Positions 10,118 to 18,913 of a stretch of 43,997 nt of DNA are shown here, piece after piece; position 1 is the first letter of the stretch; the number at the start of each line of letters is the position of its first letter. Source of the stretch: an uncultured Jannaschia sp. (lineage in GTDB: Bacteria; Pseudomonadota; Alphaproteobacteria; Rhodobacterales; Rhodobacteraceae); NCBI GenBank assembly GCA_937916365.1, contig CALFSY010000249.1, positions 1 through 43,997 on the forward strand. The letters are read 5' to 3'. The notes under the pieces are model-generated. The model was not told where the DNA came from. It saw nothing but the letters and a program-made list of their open reading frames with translations, and ran no database searches. A program made the translations under genes and the position numbers.

Positions 10118-11698
10118 ATGACCGAACCGTTGGCGGGCATAAAACACGATAGCGTCCAAAACACAGATGATACTGTAAATAACGCCCCGCGCGTCGCGAA
10201 CGGGTTACATATGGCATCCGATGGGCAAGGCGGATGTCATGCGGGGGCTGCGGCAATGGACCATGCCGCACGGCAGGCCGGTAAATCCGACATTCTTGAC
10301 CAATACGCCCGCGATTATCCGCAAGGGCCCCACGATAAACCGCAATCTATGTGCCCGGCCTTTGGATCGTTGCGCGTGGGGCTGCGCATGCGGCGCGTGG
10401 CCACAGTTTTGTCTGGTTCCGCGTGCTGTGTGTATGGGCTGAGCTTTGTCAGCCATTTTTACGGCGCGCGACGGTCTGTGGGGTATGTGCCGTTCGATTC
10501 TGAAACGTTGGTTACCGGTAAACTGTTCGAAGACATCCGCGATGCCGTTCACAATATGGCCGATCCTGATCGGTATGACGCGATTGTTGTCACAAATCTG
10601 TGCGTGCCCACCGCATCGGGCGTGCCTTTGCGTTTGTTGCCCAAATCTATTGATGGTGTGCGCGTCATCGGCATTGATGTGCCAGGTTTCGGTGTGCCCA
10701 CCCATGCCGAGGCCAAGGATGTCTTGGCCGGTGCCATGCTTGATTTCGCCCAGCAGGAGGTGCGGGCAGGCCCCGTGCAAGCGCCTGTTACGGGCCGTTC
10801 AGACCGTCCAACAGTAACACTGTTGGGCGAAATGTTCCCTGCGGATCCAATCGGGATCGGAGGGATGCTCGCGCCGCTCGGTCTGGCGGCAGGTCCGGTC
10901 GTTCCCTGCCGTGAGTGGCGCGAGCTTTACGCAGCTTTGGATAGTGATGTGATCGCGGCGATACATCCGTTTTATACCGCAGCCATTCGTGTGTTTGAAA
11001 CCGCAGGGCGTACAATCGTGGGGTCCGCCCCCGTTGGCCATGATGGGGCCGCCGAATGGTTGCGCGCCATTGCGGCGGCCTATGGTGTTTCCAATGCCCG
11101 GGTGGGGCAGGCGCACAATGCGTGCCTGCCCGCCATTACCGCCGCGTTGGCGGCCCATCCCATAAAAGGCACAATCACCCTTTCCGGGTATGAAGGATCA
11201 GAGCTTTTGGTGGCGCGTCTTTTGATCGAAAGCGGGGCACAGGTGCCTTATGTTGGCACCGCTTGTGCAAAAACGCCGTGGTCCACACCCGATCTTGATT
11301 GGCTAACGGCGCGCGGGGTTAAGGTGCAATTCCGCGCTGCGTTAGAGGATGATTTTGCCGCATTAGCAGCCATCAAACCCGATTTGGCCATTGGCACCAC
11401 GCCTGTTGTGCAAAAGGCCAAGCAAATGGGTGTTCCGGCCCTTTATTTTACAAACCTTATTTCGGCCCGCCCCTTGATGGGTGTGGCGGGCGCCGGCGCG
11501 TTGGGGCAAATCATCAATGCTGCCATGGCCAACAAAGATCGCATGGACCGCATGAAAACATTTTTCGCCGATGTGGGTGATGGCGACACAGCGGGCATAT
11601 GGGAAGGCGCTCCAAACATGCGCCCCGATTTTCGCGCGCAGCACCAAAAAAAGCTGGATAAACAAGCCCGTGCCACCAAAGCACAGGAGATGCTGTGA
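10118..11698 (+). CDS. bchY: Chlorophyllide a reductase subunit BchY
   Basis: 526 aa, NifD/BchN-like, in the conserved bchX-Y-Z order. The motif …[30 protein letters not shown]… is typical of BchY. Confidence 0.95.
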   Translation: MTEPLAGIKHDSVQNTDDTVNNAPRVANGLHMASDGQGGCHAGAAAMDHAARQAGKSDILDQYARDYPQGPHDKPQSMCPAFGSLRVGLRMRRVATVLSGSACCVYGLSFVSHFYGARRSVGYVPFDSETLVTGKLFEDIRDAVHNMADPDRYDAIVVTNLCVPTASGVPLRLLPKSIDGVRVIGIDVPGFGVPTHAEAKDVLAGAMLDFAQQEVRAGPVQAPVTGRSDRPTVTLLGEMFPADPIGIGGMLAPLGLAAGPVVPCREWRELYAALDSDVIAAIHPFYTAAIRVFETAGRTIVGSAPVGHDGAAEWLRAIAAAYGVSNARVGQAHNACLPAITAALAAHPIKGTITLSGYEGSELLVARLLIESGAQVPYVGTACAKTPWSTPDLDWLTARGVKVQFRAALEDDFAALAAIKPDLAIGTTPVVQKAKQMGVPALYFTNLISARPLMGVAGAGALGQIINAAMANKDRMDRMKTFFADVGDGDTAGIWEGAPNMRPDFRAQHQKKLDKQARATKAQEML

Positions 11699-13179
11699 TG
11701 TTGATCCAAGACCATGATCGCGCCGGGGGCTATTGGGGGGCTGTTTACGCATTTACGGCAATCAAGGGGTTGCAAGTTATCATTGATGGGCCGGTGGGAT
11801 GCGAAAATCTGCCCGTCACATCAGTGTTGCATTACACCGATGCACTCCCCCCGCATGAATTGCCCATCGTGGTGACCGGCCTAGGCGAAGAAGAGCTGGG
11901 CCGTGATGGAACCGAGGGCGCAATGAAACGGGCGTGGGGCACGCTTGACCCCGCATTGCCCAGTGTTGTGGTCACCGGCTCAATCGCAGAAATGATCGGC
12001 GGGGGCGTCACCCCGCAAGGCACATCAATTCAGCGATTTCTGCCCCGCACCATTGATGAGGATCAGTGGCAAAGCGCTGATCGTGCCATGACATGGATTT
12101 TCACCGAGTTTGGGATGACCAAAGGCCGAATGCCGCCCGAACGCAAACGCGCGCCCGATGATGCGCCGCGCGTCAATATCTTAGGGCCGATGTATGGCAC
12201 ATTTAACATGCCATCGGATTTGGCGGAAATTCGGCGCCTGGTCGAAGGCATAGGGTGTGATGTCAATATGGTGATGCCCCTGGGCGCCCATGTGGCCGAT
12301 ATGCGCAATCTTGTGAACGCGGATGTCAACATTTGTATGTATCGTGAATTTGGCCGTGGTTTGGCCGAGGTGTTGGGCAAACCCTACCTACAGGCCCCCA
12401 TCGGCATGGACAGCACAACGAAATTCCTGCGCACCTTGGGGGATTTAACGGGCCTAGACCCCGAACCCTTTATCGCACGTGAAAAACATTCCACCCTCAA
12501 ACCTGTGTGGGATTTGTGGCGTTCCGTCACACAGGATTTTTTCGCCACGGCGAATTTCGGAATTGTCGCCAATGAAACCTATGCGCGTGGGGTGCGGCAT
12601 TTCCTGGAAACCGACCTGGGTTTTCCCTGTGCCTTTGCCGTGAGCCGATGCGCCGGTCAAAAAACCGATAATGATAAGGTGCGCACCCTTATCGAAGACA
12701 CCAAACCATTGGTGGTCATGGGATCCATCAACGAAAAAATGTATTTGGCCGATATGGTAGGCGGGCATGGGCCAAAGCCTGCGTTCATCCCCGCCAGTTT
12801 CCCTGGCGCTGCAATCCGGCGCGCGTTGGGAACACCCTTCATGGGGTATGCAGGCGCCACGTATATCTTGCAAGAGGTGTGCAATGGCCTGTTTGATGCT
12901 TTGTTTCACGTTTTGCCGCGCGCGGCGGATATGGACAGTGCCCAAGCAACACCCACAACGCTGCGCCGGGATTTCCCGTGGGACCCCGAGGCGCAAACCA
13001 TGTTGGACCGGATTGTGGCACAACACCCCGTTTTAACCCGTATTTCGGCGGCAAAAACCCTGCGCGATGCCGCCGAACAGGCCGCATTGAACGACGGGGC
13101 CGACAAGGTGCGCAAGGATAACGTCGCCGCACTTGCAGGATTTGACATCAACGACACCGAAGAGGGAGGATCAGAATGA
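11695..13179 (+). CDS. bchZ: Chlorophyllide a reductase subunit BchZ
   Basis: 494 aa. The N-terminus (M)[40 protein letters not shown] is BchZ-like. The start is GTG 11695 or ATG 11698 and overlaps the bchY TGA. Confidence 0.95.
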   Translation: MMLIQDHDRAGGYWGAVYAFTAIKGLQVIIDGPVGCENLPVTSVLHYTDALPPHELPIVVTGLGEEELGRDGTEGAMKRAWGTLDPALPSVVVTGSIAEMIGGGVTPQGTSIQRFLPRTIDEDQWQSADRAMTWIFTEFGMTKGRMPPERKRAPDDAPRVNILGPMYGTFNMPSDLAEIRRLVEGIGCDVNMVMPLGAHVADMRNLVNADVNICMYREFGRGLAEVLGKPYLQAPIGMDSTTKFLRTLGDLTGLDPEPFIAREKHSTLKPVWDLWRSVTQDFFATANFGIVANETYARGVRHFLETDLGFPCAFAVSRCAGQKTDNDKVRTLIEDTKPLVVMGSINEKMYLADMVGGHGPKPAFIPASFPGAAIRRALGTPFMGYAGATYILQEVCNGLFDALFHVLPRAADMDSAQATPTTLRRDFPWDPEAQTMLDRIVAQHPVLTRISAAKTLRDAAEQAALNDGADKVRKDNVAALAGFDINDTEEGGSE

Positions 13180-13397
13180 CGGATGTAACTGCCCATAATA
13201 CCCCCACCACACGTATCAGAACACCCAAAACAGAATTTATGATTTATTTTGGGATTATTTTCCTAGCCGCGTTGCCGCTTGCAACATTGTCTTGGGTATG
13301 GGCCGCGACCACATCGCGCCCCACCCACAGGCAAGGTCCAATCGCACGTGCATGGAGCCAGGCGCGCATCATTACACCGATGATTTTCGCAGCCTGA
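13176..13397 (+). CDS. pufQ: PufQ (bacteriochlorophyll biosynthesis/assembly factor)
   Basis: 73 aa with a single TM segment. The pattern [26 protein letters not shown]…[18 protein letters not shown] parallels Rhodobacter PufQ (…PEFALYFSLILIVAVPFALVGWV…GPFARAW…ITPEIF). Its ATG overlaps the bchZ TGA, and it lies directly upstream of pufBA. Confidence 0.85.
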   Translation: MTDVTAHNTPTTRIRTPKTEFMIYFGIIFLAALPLATLSWVWAATTSRPTHRQGPIARAWSQARIITPMIFAA

Positions 13398-13615
13398 ACC
13401 GCGATTTTTCCACCCGCAACACCCGCACAATCGGCGGATGGGGGAAAGATCGCGCATAAAATACCCTCGGCGCGACGACCGGAGCCGAGACTGAAGTTTC
13501 CCGCATCAGGGCCATTTGGCATTTGGCGTGGGGAAAGGCCGGCAGGGCAATGAGGTTCTGTCGGGGCCCCGCCGCGGGGTGCGCGGCATCAGTCGAAACG
13601 TTCCGGAGGAAAGTA

Positions 13616-13765
13616 ATGGCTGACGATTCCGAGCTGTCCTTCACGGGTCTTACCGACGAACAGGCGCAGGAACTGCACGAGGTGTATATGGCTGGGCTTT
13701 ACCTGTTCGCGATTGTCGCGCTGGTTGCCCATATCGCCACGTATATCTGGGCGCCCTGGTTTTAG
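13616..13765 (+). CDS. pufB: Light-harvesting 1 (B870) beta polypeptide
   Basis: The 49-aa product is [50 protein letters not shown] ggagga SD lies 6-11 nt upstream. The BChl-ligand His sits in AHIATY. The ORF-track start at 13523 is an in-frame upstream extension. Confidence 0.93.
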   Translation: MADDSELSFTGLTDEQAQELHEVYMAGLYLFAIVALVAHIATYIWAPWF

Positions 13766-13782
13766 GAAAGGATCCCAAGACA

Positions 13783-13947
13783 ATGGCTAAATTCTATAAG
13801 ATCTGGCTCATCTTTGACCCACGTCGCGTGTTTGTGGCGCAGGGTGTGTTCTTGTTCCTGCTGGCGGCGATGATCCACCTGGTGGTGTTGTCCTCGGGCA
13901 TGAACTGGTTTGAATCCGCCGCAATGACCATGGGTTTTGGTAACTAA
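13783..13947 (+). CDS. pufA: Light-harvesting 1 (B870) alpha polypeptide (not in the supplied ORF track)
   Basis: Hand translation gives [54 protein letters not shown], with a TAA stop at 13945-13947. It is near-identical in pattern to Rhodobacter PufA ([28 protein letters not shown]…IH). An SD aggaaagga lies upstream. Confidence 0.93.
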   Translation: MAKFYKIWLIFDPRRVFVAQGVFLFLLAAMIHLVVLSSGMNWFESAAMTMGFGN

Positions 13948-13979
13948 CCATCATCCACTGTTTATGCGGAGACCGACAA

Positions 13980-14013
13980 GGTTGCGGGCGGTGCGCCTGT
14001 ATCGCCCGCAACC
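13980..14013 (+). promoter_or_regulatory. pufA-pufL intercistronic stem-loop (candidate mRNA decay barrier or partial terminator)
   Basis: A perfect 11-bp stem pairs GGTTGCGGGCG (13980-13990) with CGCCCGCAACC (14003-14013) around a 12-nt loop. It lies 33 nt after the pufA stop. The position is the same as the hairpins that stabilise the pufBA segment in Rhodobacter. Confidence 0.6.
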
Positions 14014-14079
14014 AACACTAAAAATGATACGGACGGCTGACCTAAACGGAACCAAGCCGCCTAACGCGGAGACAGACGC

Positions 14080-14979
14080 ATGGCTTTGCTAAGTTTCGAA
14101 AAAAAATATCGCGTCCGCGGTGGGACGTTGATTGGCGGTGATCTGTTCGATTTTTGGGTGGGCCCGTTTTACGTGGGTTTTTTCGGGGTCACGACCGCCT
14201 TTTTTGCCTTATTAGGAACAATCTTGATTTTTTGGGGCGCGGCCATGCAGGGCACGTTCAACCCTTGGATCATCAACATCGCCCCGCCCGACCTAAGCTA
14301 TGGTTTGGGTCTTGCCCCGTTGATGGAGGGCGGGTTGTGGCAAATCATCACCATTTGCGCGATCGGGGCGTTCGTATCCTGGGCCCTGCGCGAAGTGGAA
14401 ATTTGCCGCAAACTGGGCATGGGGTATCATGTGCCGTTTGCGTTTAGTTTTGCGATTTTGGCCTATGTGACATTAGTGGTATTTCGCCCGTTATTGATGG
14501 GGGCATGGGGACATGGGTTTCCCTATGGTATTTTTAGCCACCTTGATTGGGTGTCAAACGTGGGGTATTCTTACCTACACTTCCACTATAACCCTGCACA
14601 CATGATCGCGGTGACGTTCTTTTTCACCACGACCCTGGCGTTGGCGTTGCATGGTGGATTGATCCTATCGGCGGCCAACCCCGAAAAGGGGGAAGAGGCC
14701 AAAACCCCCGATCACGAAGACACGTTTTTCCGCGATTTCATTGGGTATTCGATCGGCACTTTAGGCATTCATCGCCTGGGTTTATTGCTGGCGTTGAATG
14801 CCGGATTTTGGAGCGCGGTGTGCATCATCATCTCTGGCCCGGTTTGGACGGCCGGTTGGCCGGAATGGTGGAATTGGTGGCTAACCCTGCCGATTTGGCC
14901 GGACCAAGGGGTTATTTATGACAGCACGGGGTTGACCACGTATGGCACCAACGCGCCCATATTAATTGGGGGGGAATAA
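14080..14979 (+). CDS. pufL: Photosynthetic reaction centre L subunit
   Basis: 299 aa. [37 protein letters not shown]… is collinear with Rhodobacter PufL, and the ligand histidines are present (…HYNPAHM…, …GIHRLG…). It has about 17 extra C-terminal residues compared with the 281-aa R. sphaeroides L. Confidence 0.96.
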   Translation: MALLSFEKKYRVRGGTLIGGDLFDFWVGPFYVGFFGVTTAFFALLGTILIFWGAAMQGTFNPWIINIAPPDLSYGLGLAPLMEGGLWQIITICAIGAFVSWALREVEICRKLGMGYHVPFAFSFAILAYVTLVVFRPLLMGAWGHGFPYGIFSHLDWVSNVGYSYLHFHYNPAHMIAVTFFFTTTLALALHGGLILSAANPEKGEEAKTPDHEDTFFRDFIGYSIGTLGIHRLGLLLALNAGFWSAVCIIISGPVWTAGWPEWWNWWLTLPIWPDQGVIYDSTGLTTYGTNAPILIGGE

Positions 14980-14984
14980 GACCG

Positions 14985-15986
14985 ATGGCTTATTTAGAAT
15001 ATCAAAACATCTTTACCCAAGTCCAAGTGCAAGGCGCGCCCGAAATGGGTATGGACAACGAAAACAACATGGCCGCCGAGCGCACAACATCGGCGCGGTT
15101 TTCAACGTTGCTGGGCTGGATCGGCAATGCGCAGATCGGCCCGATTTACCTAGGCTGGGCGGGTATTGTTGGATTGGCGACGGGGCTTTTGTGGTTCAAC
15201 ATCGTTGGCTTTAACATGTTGTCACAGGTCGGATGATCGATCCCAGAATTCATTCGACAGTTATTCTGGCTGGCGTTGGAACCACCCGGGCCAGAATGGG
15301 GCCTGTCGTTTCCGCCGTTAGACGAAGGCGGGTGGTATATTATCGCCAGTTTTTTCTTGTTGATTTCGGTGATGTCATGGTGGCTTCGGACATATCTTTT
15401 GGCTGAACAGCACAAAATGGGCAAACACATCGCCTGGGCATTTTTGGCCGCGATTTGGCTTTTTTTGGTGCTGGGGTTGTTTCGCCCGATCTTGATGGGA
15501 AGCTGGTCTGAGGCTGTGCCTTACGGTATTTTCCCGCATTTGGATTGGACGACCGCCTTTTCAATCCGGTATGGCAATCTGTATTATAATCCGTTCCATT
15601 GTCTTTCTATTGTCTTTCTATATGGGTCTGTTTTGCTATTTGCCATGCACGGGGCGACAATTCTAGCGGTGTCGCGGTATGGCGGGGATCGCGAATTAGA
15701 ACAGATCTATGATCGCGGCACGGCATCGGAACGTGCGGCACTGTTTTGGCGCTGGACGATGGGTTTTAATGCCACAATGGAAGGGATCCACCGTTGGGCC
15801 TGGTGGTTTGCGGTTTTAACACCCATTACCGGCGGAATCGGCATTTTGCTAACCGGAACGGTGGTCGATAACTGGTTCATCTGGGCCGTCGAACATAACT
15901 TCGCGCCCGAATACCTTGAACCCTATGGCTATGAAGCCCATGGCGGATACGAGGCATTCGGCGGGCTTACCCCGGAAGGAGAATAA
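14985..15986 (+). pseudogene. pufM: Reaction centre M subunit gene with a single in-frame TGA at 15234-15236 (otherwise intact, 333 codons)
   Basis: ORFs 14985-15236 and 15276-15986 are in the same frame. The 13 codons between them ([13 protein letters not shown]) continue PufM. The full product is MAYLEYQNIFTQVQVQGAPEMG…[32 protein letters not shown]…[20 protein letters not shown]…VVDNWFIW…. The confidence value refers to gene identity; true pseudogene status is uncertain (see findings). Confidence 0.85.
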
Positions 15987-15989
15987 ACC

Positions 15990-17132
15990 ATGTTGCCCAA
16001 ATGGTTTAATGATTGGAACAGGAAAAACCCCACCAATGTTTTTGGGCCTGCCATTGCGGTGGCCGCTGTGGGCGGGGCGGTTTTCGTTGCCGTGATGATT
16101 ATCGCCTGGGGTCAACCTTATGCGACGGAATCTATGCAAACCGGCCCACGTGGAACGGGCATGCATGTGGCAGAATTCGCGGCCGATTTGGACAGTGGGG
16201 ATCCCACGATCCTTGATTATTACCAAGATGAACCTTTTATCCCGGAAGATGGGGAACCACTGGCCGGTGACGTATATGAAAATGTCCAGGTTTTGGGGAA
16301 TCTAACCGAGGCGAATTTTACCCGCTTGATGAACGCAATCACGCTATGGGTGGCCCCAGATCAGGGGTGCACTTATTGTCATGCGGGGGCGAATGACGGC
16401 AATTATGCCGATGACGACCTTTATACCAAGGTTGTGGCGCGCTCGATGATCCAGATGACGCAAAACATCAATCAAAACTGGGCCGCCCACGTGCAAGCCA
16501 ACGCCGAGGTGGGGGTGACGTGTTATACCTGTCATCGCGGACAAAACGTGCCAAACAACATTTGGTTCCAGGTGGGGCCGGTCAACGCGGCCACCAATGG
16601 GTGGCCTGCAATCCAAAATCGGGCAACGATGGTATCGAATTTCACGTCGTTACCATCCGATTATTTGGAACATTATCTGCTACAGGCCGAAGATGGCACA
16701 TACCCGCAAATTGCGGTGCATGATTTGGCATCCCGTGTGCAGCAAAACCCGGGCGATCCATTGATCCAACAGGCCGAACGCACCTATGCGTTTATGAACT
16801 ATATTGCGAATTCATTGGGGGTGAATTGTGTGTTTTGCCATAATTCCCGCGCGTTTTACGATGCTGCACAGGTTACGCCACAATGGGCCACTGCGTCGCT
16901 CGGAATTGTGATGGTGCAGGAAATCATCGCCGATTACCTGCTGCCCTTGCAAAATGTGTATCCGCCTGAACGGTTGGGGCCGATCCATGGCGATGCGCCC
17001 TTGGCGGCATGTCGGACCTGTCATCAGGGGTATCAACGCCCGATGCAGGGGTTGAACGTGATTCGCAATTATCCGGAATTGGCGGTTGTGGACGGTGCGC
17101 CGGATTATTCGGTTTTTGAAACGGCAGAATAG
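15990..17132 (+). CDS. pufC: Reaction-centre-bound tetrahaem cytochrome c subunit
   Basis: 380 aa with four CXXCH motifs (CTYCH, CYTCH, CVFCH, CRTCH). An N-terminal hydrophobic segment (VFGPAIAVAAVGGAVFVAVMIIAW) has no Cys or lipobox. The gene immediately follows pufM. Confidence 0.95.
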   Translation: MLPKWFNDWNRKNPTNVFGPAIAVAAVGGAVFVAVMIIAWGQPYATESMQTGPRGTGMHVAEFAADLDSGDPTILDYYQDEPFIPEDGEPLAGDVYENVQVLGNLTEANFTRLMNAITLWVAPDQGCTYCHAGANDGNYADDDLYTKVVARSMIQMTQNINQNWAAHVQANAEVGVTCYTCHRGQNVPNNIWFQVGPVNAATNGWPAIQNRATMVSNFTSLPSDYLEHYLLQAEDGTYPQIAVHDLASRVQQNPGDPLIQQAERTYAFMNYIANSLGVNCVFCHNSRAFYDAAQVTPQWATASLGIVMVQEIIADYLLPLQNVYPPERLGPIHGDAPLAACRTCHQGYQRPMQGLNVIRNYPELAVVDGAPDYSVFETAE

Positions 17133-17181
17133 GGAACGGGTGGGCGTGCATCCATCCTCTCATGTTTTCGCAAAGATAGGC

Positions 17182-17228
17182 GCGCGTGCGGTGTGATTGT
17201 TGTTACGGATTGCGTGCGCTGTCTTTTC
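17182..17228 (+). terminator. Weak candidate puf operon terminator
   Basis: GCGCGTGC (17182-17189) can pair with GCGTGCGC (17212-17219). That gives 8 bp including 2 central G-U pairs and a 22-nt loop, followed by tgtcttttc. The structure is imperfect. Confidence 0.3.
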
Positions 17229-17273
17229 ACATTCTTGGTTGCGCCCACGACGTAGGCGTAAAACAACTGCGTC

Positions 17274-17879
17274 TTAAACCAATGTTACACCTGCGGCGTG
17301 CATATCCGATGTGGCGGCGCGTAGCGACCCATTAAGATCAATCGCGCGCGTTAGCGTTGTATGCACATCTACCGCAAATCCCAGGCCTGCCGCATCACGC
17401 GCCGAATAATTCACGCAGAAATCGGTGGCCAGACCAACAAACGTCAGCGCTTCAAACCCCCGCGTGCGCAAATACCCCTCTAACCCTGTGGGGGTGGTTT
17501 TGTCATTTTCAAAAAACGCGGAATAGCTGTCGACCCCACGCCGAAACCCTTTGCGCAGGACTAAATCCGCGCGATGCACATTCAAATCGGGGTGAAACGC
17601 TGCGCCGTAGGATCCTTGCACGCAATGATCGGGCCACAAAATTTGCGCACCATAGGACATTTCGATCATGTCCATCGGGGCTTTGCCTGGATGTTGGCTG
17701 GCAAAACTTTGATGATCGGCGGGGTGCCAATCTTGGGTCAGAATCACCGCCGCAACTGTATCCATCATGGCATTGATACCAGGCACGATCTCATCCCCGT
17801 CGGGCACGGCAAGCGCACCACCAGGGCAAAAATCGTTTTGCACGTCGATAACAATAAGGGCGTGGTTGGCATTGCGCAT
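17274..17879 (-). CDS. pncA: Nicotinamidase/pyrazinamidase (isochorismatase family)
   Basis: 201 aa. It carries ALIVIDVQNDFCPGGALAV, WPDHCVQGS and the catalytic Cys context (LTFVGLATDFCV), all typical of PncA. Confidence 0.88.
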   Translation of the reverse strand: MRNANHALIVIDVQNDFCPGGALAVPDGDEIVPGINAMMDTVAAVILTQDWHPADHQSFASQHPGKAPMDMIEMSYGAQILWPDHCVQGSYGAAFHPDLNVHRADLVLRKGFRRGVDSYSAFFENDKTTPTGLEGYLRTRGFEALTFVGLATDFCVNYSARDAAGLGFAVDVHTTLTRAIDLNGSLRAATSDMHAAGVTLV

Positions 17880-17955
17880 ACGAAACTCCGGTCTAGGTCA
17901 CATAATGTCTTATCTATGGGTTGAGCCGCGCGGCACAACGTTTTATCGCGCAGGT

Positions 17956-18864
17956 ATGATAATCATCGCCGCATTATATAAATTCGTGCCTTTCCCAAAT
18001 CCCGCCGACCTCTGCGGGCCATTGGCCAGGCTATGCGCGCAGCAGGGCGTGAAAGGCACGCTTTTGTTGGCGGATGAGGGAATAAACGGCACAATCGCGG
18101 GATCGCGGGCAGACATCGACGCAGTTATGGCGCATATCCAGGCCTTTCCCGGGTGCGATAATTTAACATGGAAAGAAAGCCAAACCGCAACCATGCCTTT
18201 TGGCCGGATGAAGGTGCGCCTGAGGCCCGAAATTGTAACCATGGGGGTGCCCGGCACGAACCCCAGCAAAGATGGGGGAACGCATGTTGCGCCTGTGGCA
18301 TGGAATGCTTTGATCCAAGCGCCCGATGTGGCCGTGATTGATACACGCAATGCGTATGAGGTTGCCATCGGCACATTTACGCGCGCTATTAACCCCGAAA
18401 TCGACACCTTTCGCGATTTTCCCGCTTGGTGGCAGGCCAACAAGGTGCGTTTTCATGCAAAAAAAATCGCAATGTTTTGCACCGGCGGCATTCGATGCGA
18501 AAAATCAACCGCCTATTTGAAAATGCAAGGCGTTGAAGAGGTATATCAACTTAGCGGTGGCATTTTGAAATACCTTGAACAGGTGCCCGCGGATCAAAGC
18601 CTGTGGAAAGGCGGATGTTTTGTGTTTGACCGCCGCGTGGCCGTGACCCATGGGGTGGTGCCGTTGCCGTATACATTATGCCATGCCTGCCGCGCACCGT
18701 TGACACCACAAGATCGGCAGAGACCTGAATTTGAAGATGGAGTGCAATGCCACCGGTGCATTGATTCTTATTCATCGGCCGACCGTGCGCGGTTTCGCGA
18801 ACGGCAGCGACAGATGATTTTGGCCCGGGCGCGGGGAAAACCCCACATTGACGGTATTTCATAA
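17956..18864 (+). CDS. trhO: Rhodanese-domain tRNA U34 hydroxylase TrhO (YceA/UPF0176)
   Basis: The N-terminus MIIIAALYKFVPF…GTLLLADEGINGTIAG is TrhO-like. It has a rhodanese active-site loop (FCTGGIRCEKS) and a C-terminal Cys-rich tail. The ORF-track start at 17767 overlaps pncA and was rejected. Confidence 0.85.
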   Translation: MIIIAALYKFVPFPNPADLCGPLARLCAQQGVKGTLLLADEGINGTIAGSRADIDAVMAHIQAFPGCDNLTWKESQTATMPFGRMKVRLRPEIVTMGVPGTNPSKDGGTHVAPVAWNALIQAPDVAVIDTRNAYEVAIGTFTRAINPEIDTFRDFPAWWQANKVRFHAKKIAMFCTGGIRCEKSTAYLKMQGVEEVYQLSGGILKYLEQVPADQSLWKGGCFVFDRRVAVTHGVVPLPYTLCHACRAPLTPQDRQRPEFEDGVQCHRCIDSYSSADRARFRERQRQMILARARGKPHIDGIS

Positions 18865-18913
18865 CCCACCAATATATGCTTTTGCCCCTGCACATGCCGT
18901 GCGCGTTTAGGCG

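Noticed and set aside
13523-13615. A possible pufK-like leader ORF or longer pufB isoform starting at TTG 13523 or ATG 13550.
   Set aside because: It is in frame with pufB, so it is not a separate leader peptide. Neither start has an SD. The canonical 49-aa beta polypeptide begins at ATG 13616, behind a strong ggagga.
15243-15269. A stem-loop (CCAGAAT / ATTCTGG, 7 bp, 13-nt loop) starting 7 nt after the in-frame TGA of pufM, which raises the idea of a bacterial SECIS and selenocysteine insertion.
   Set aside because: The aligned residue in homologues is Trp or Phe, not Cys or Sec, and it sits in a membrane-adjacent loop with no redox role. The stem is short and AT-rich, and CCAGAAT recurs by chance 40 nt downstream. 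No sel genes are visible. A point mutation, a sequencing error or tRNA-Trp read-through are far more parsimonious.
14985-15986. TGA-to-Trp genetic-code reassignment as the explanation for the split pufM.
   Set aside because: Many genes in the window (bchC, bchY, bchZ, ylxR, rfbB, dgoK, dgoA, melA, the lactonase and the second sugar-transporter permease) terminate at TGA at their expected lengths. They often do so within ATGA overlaps. No other gene is interrupted.
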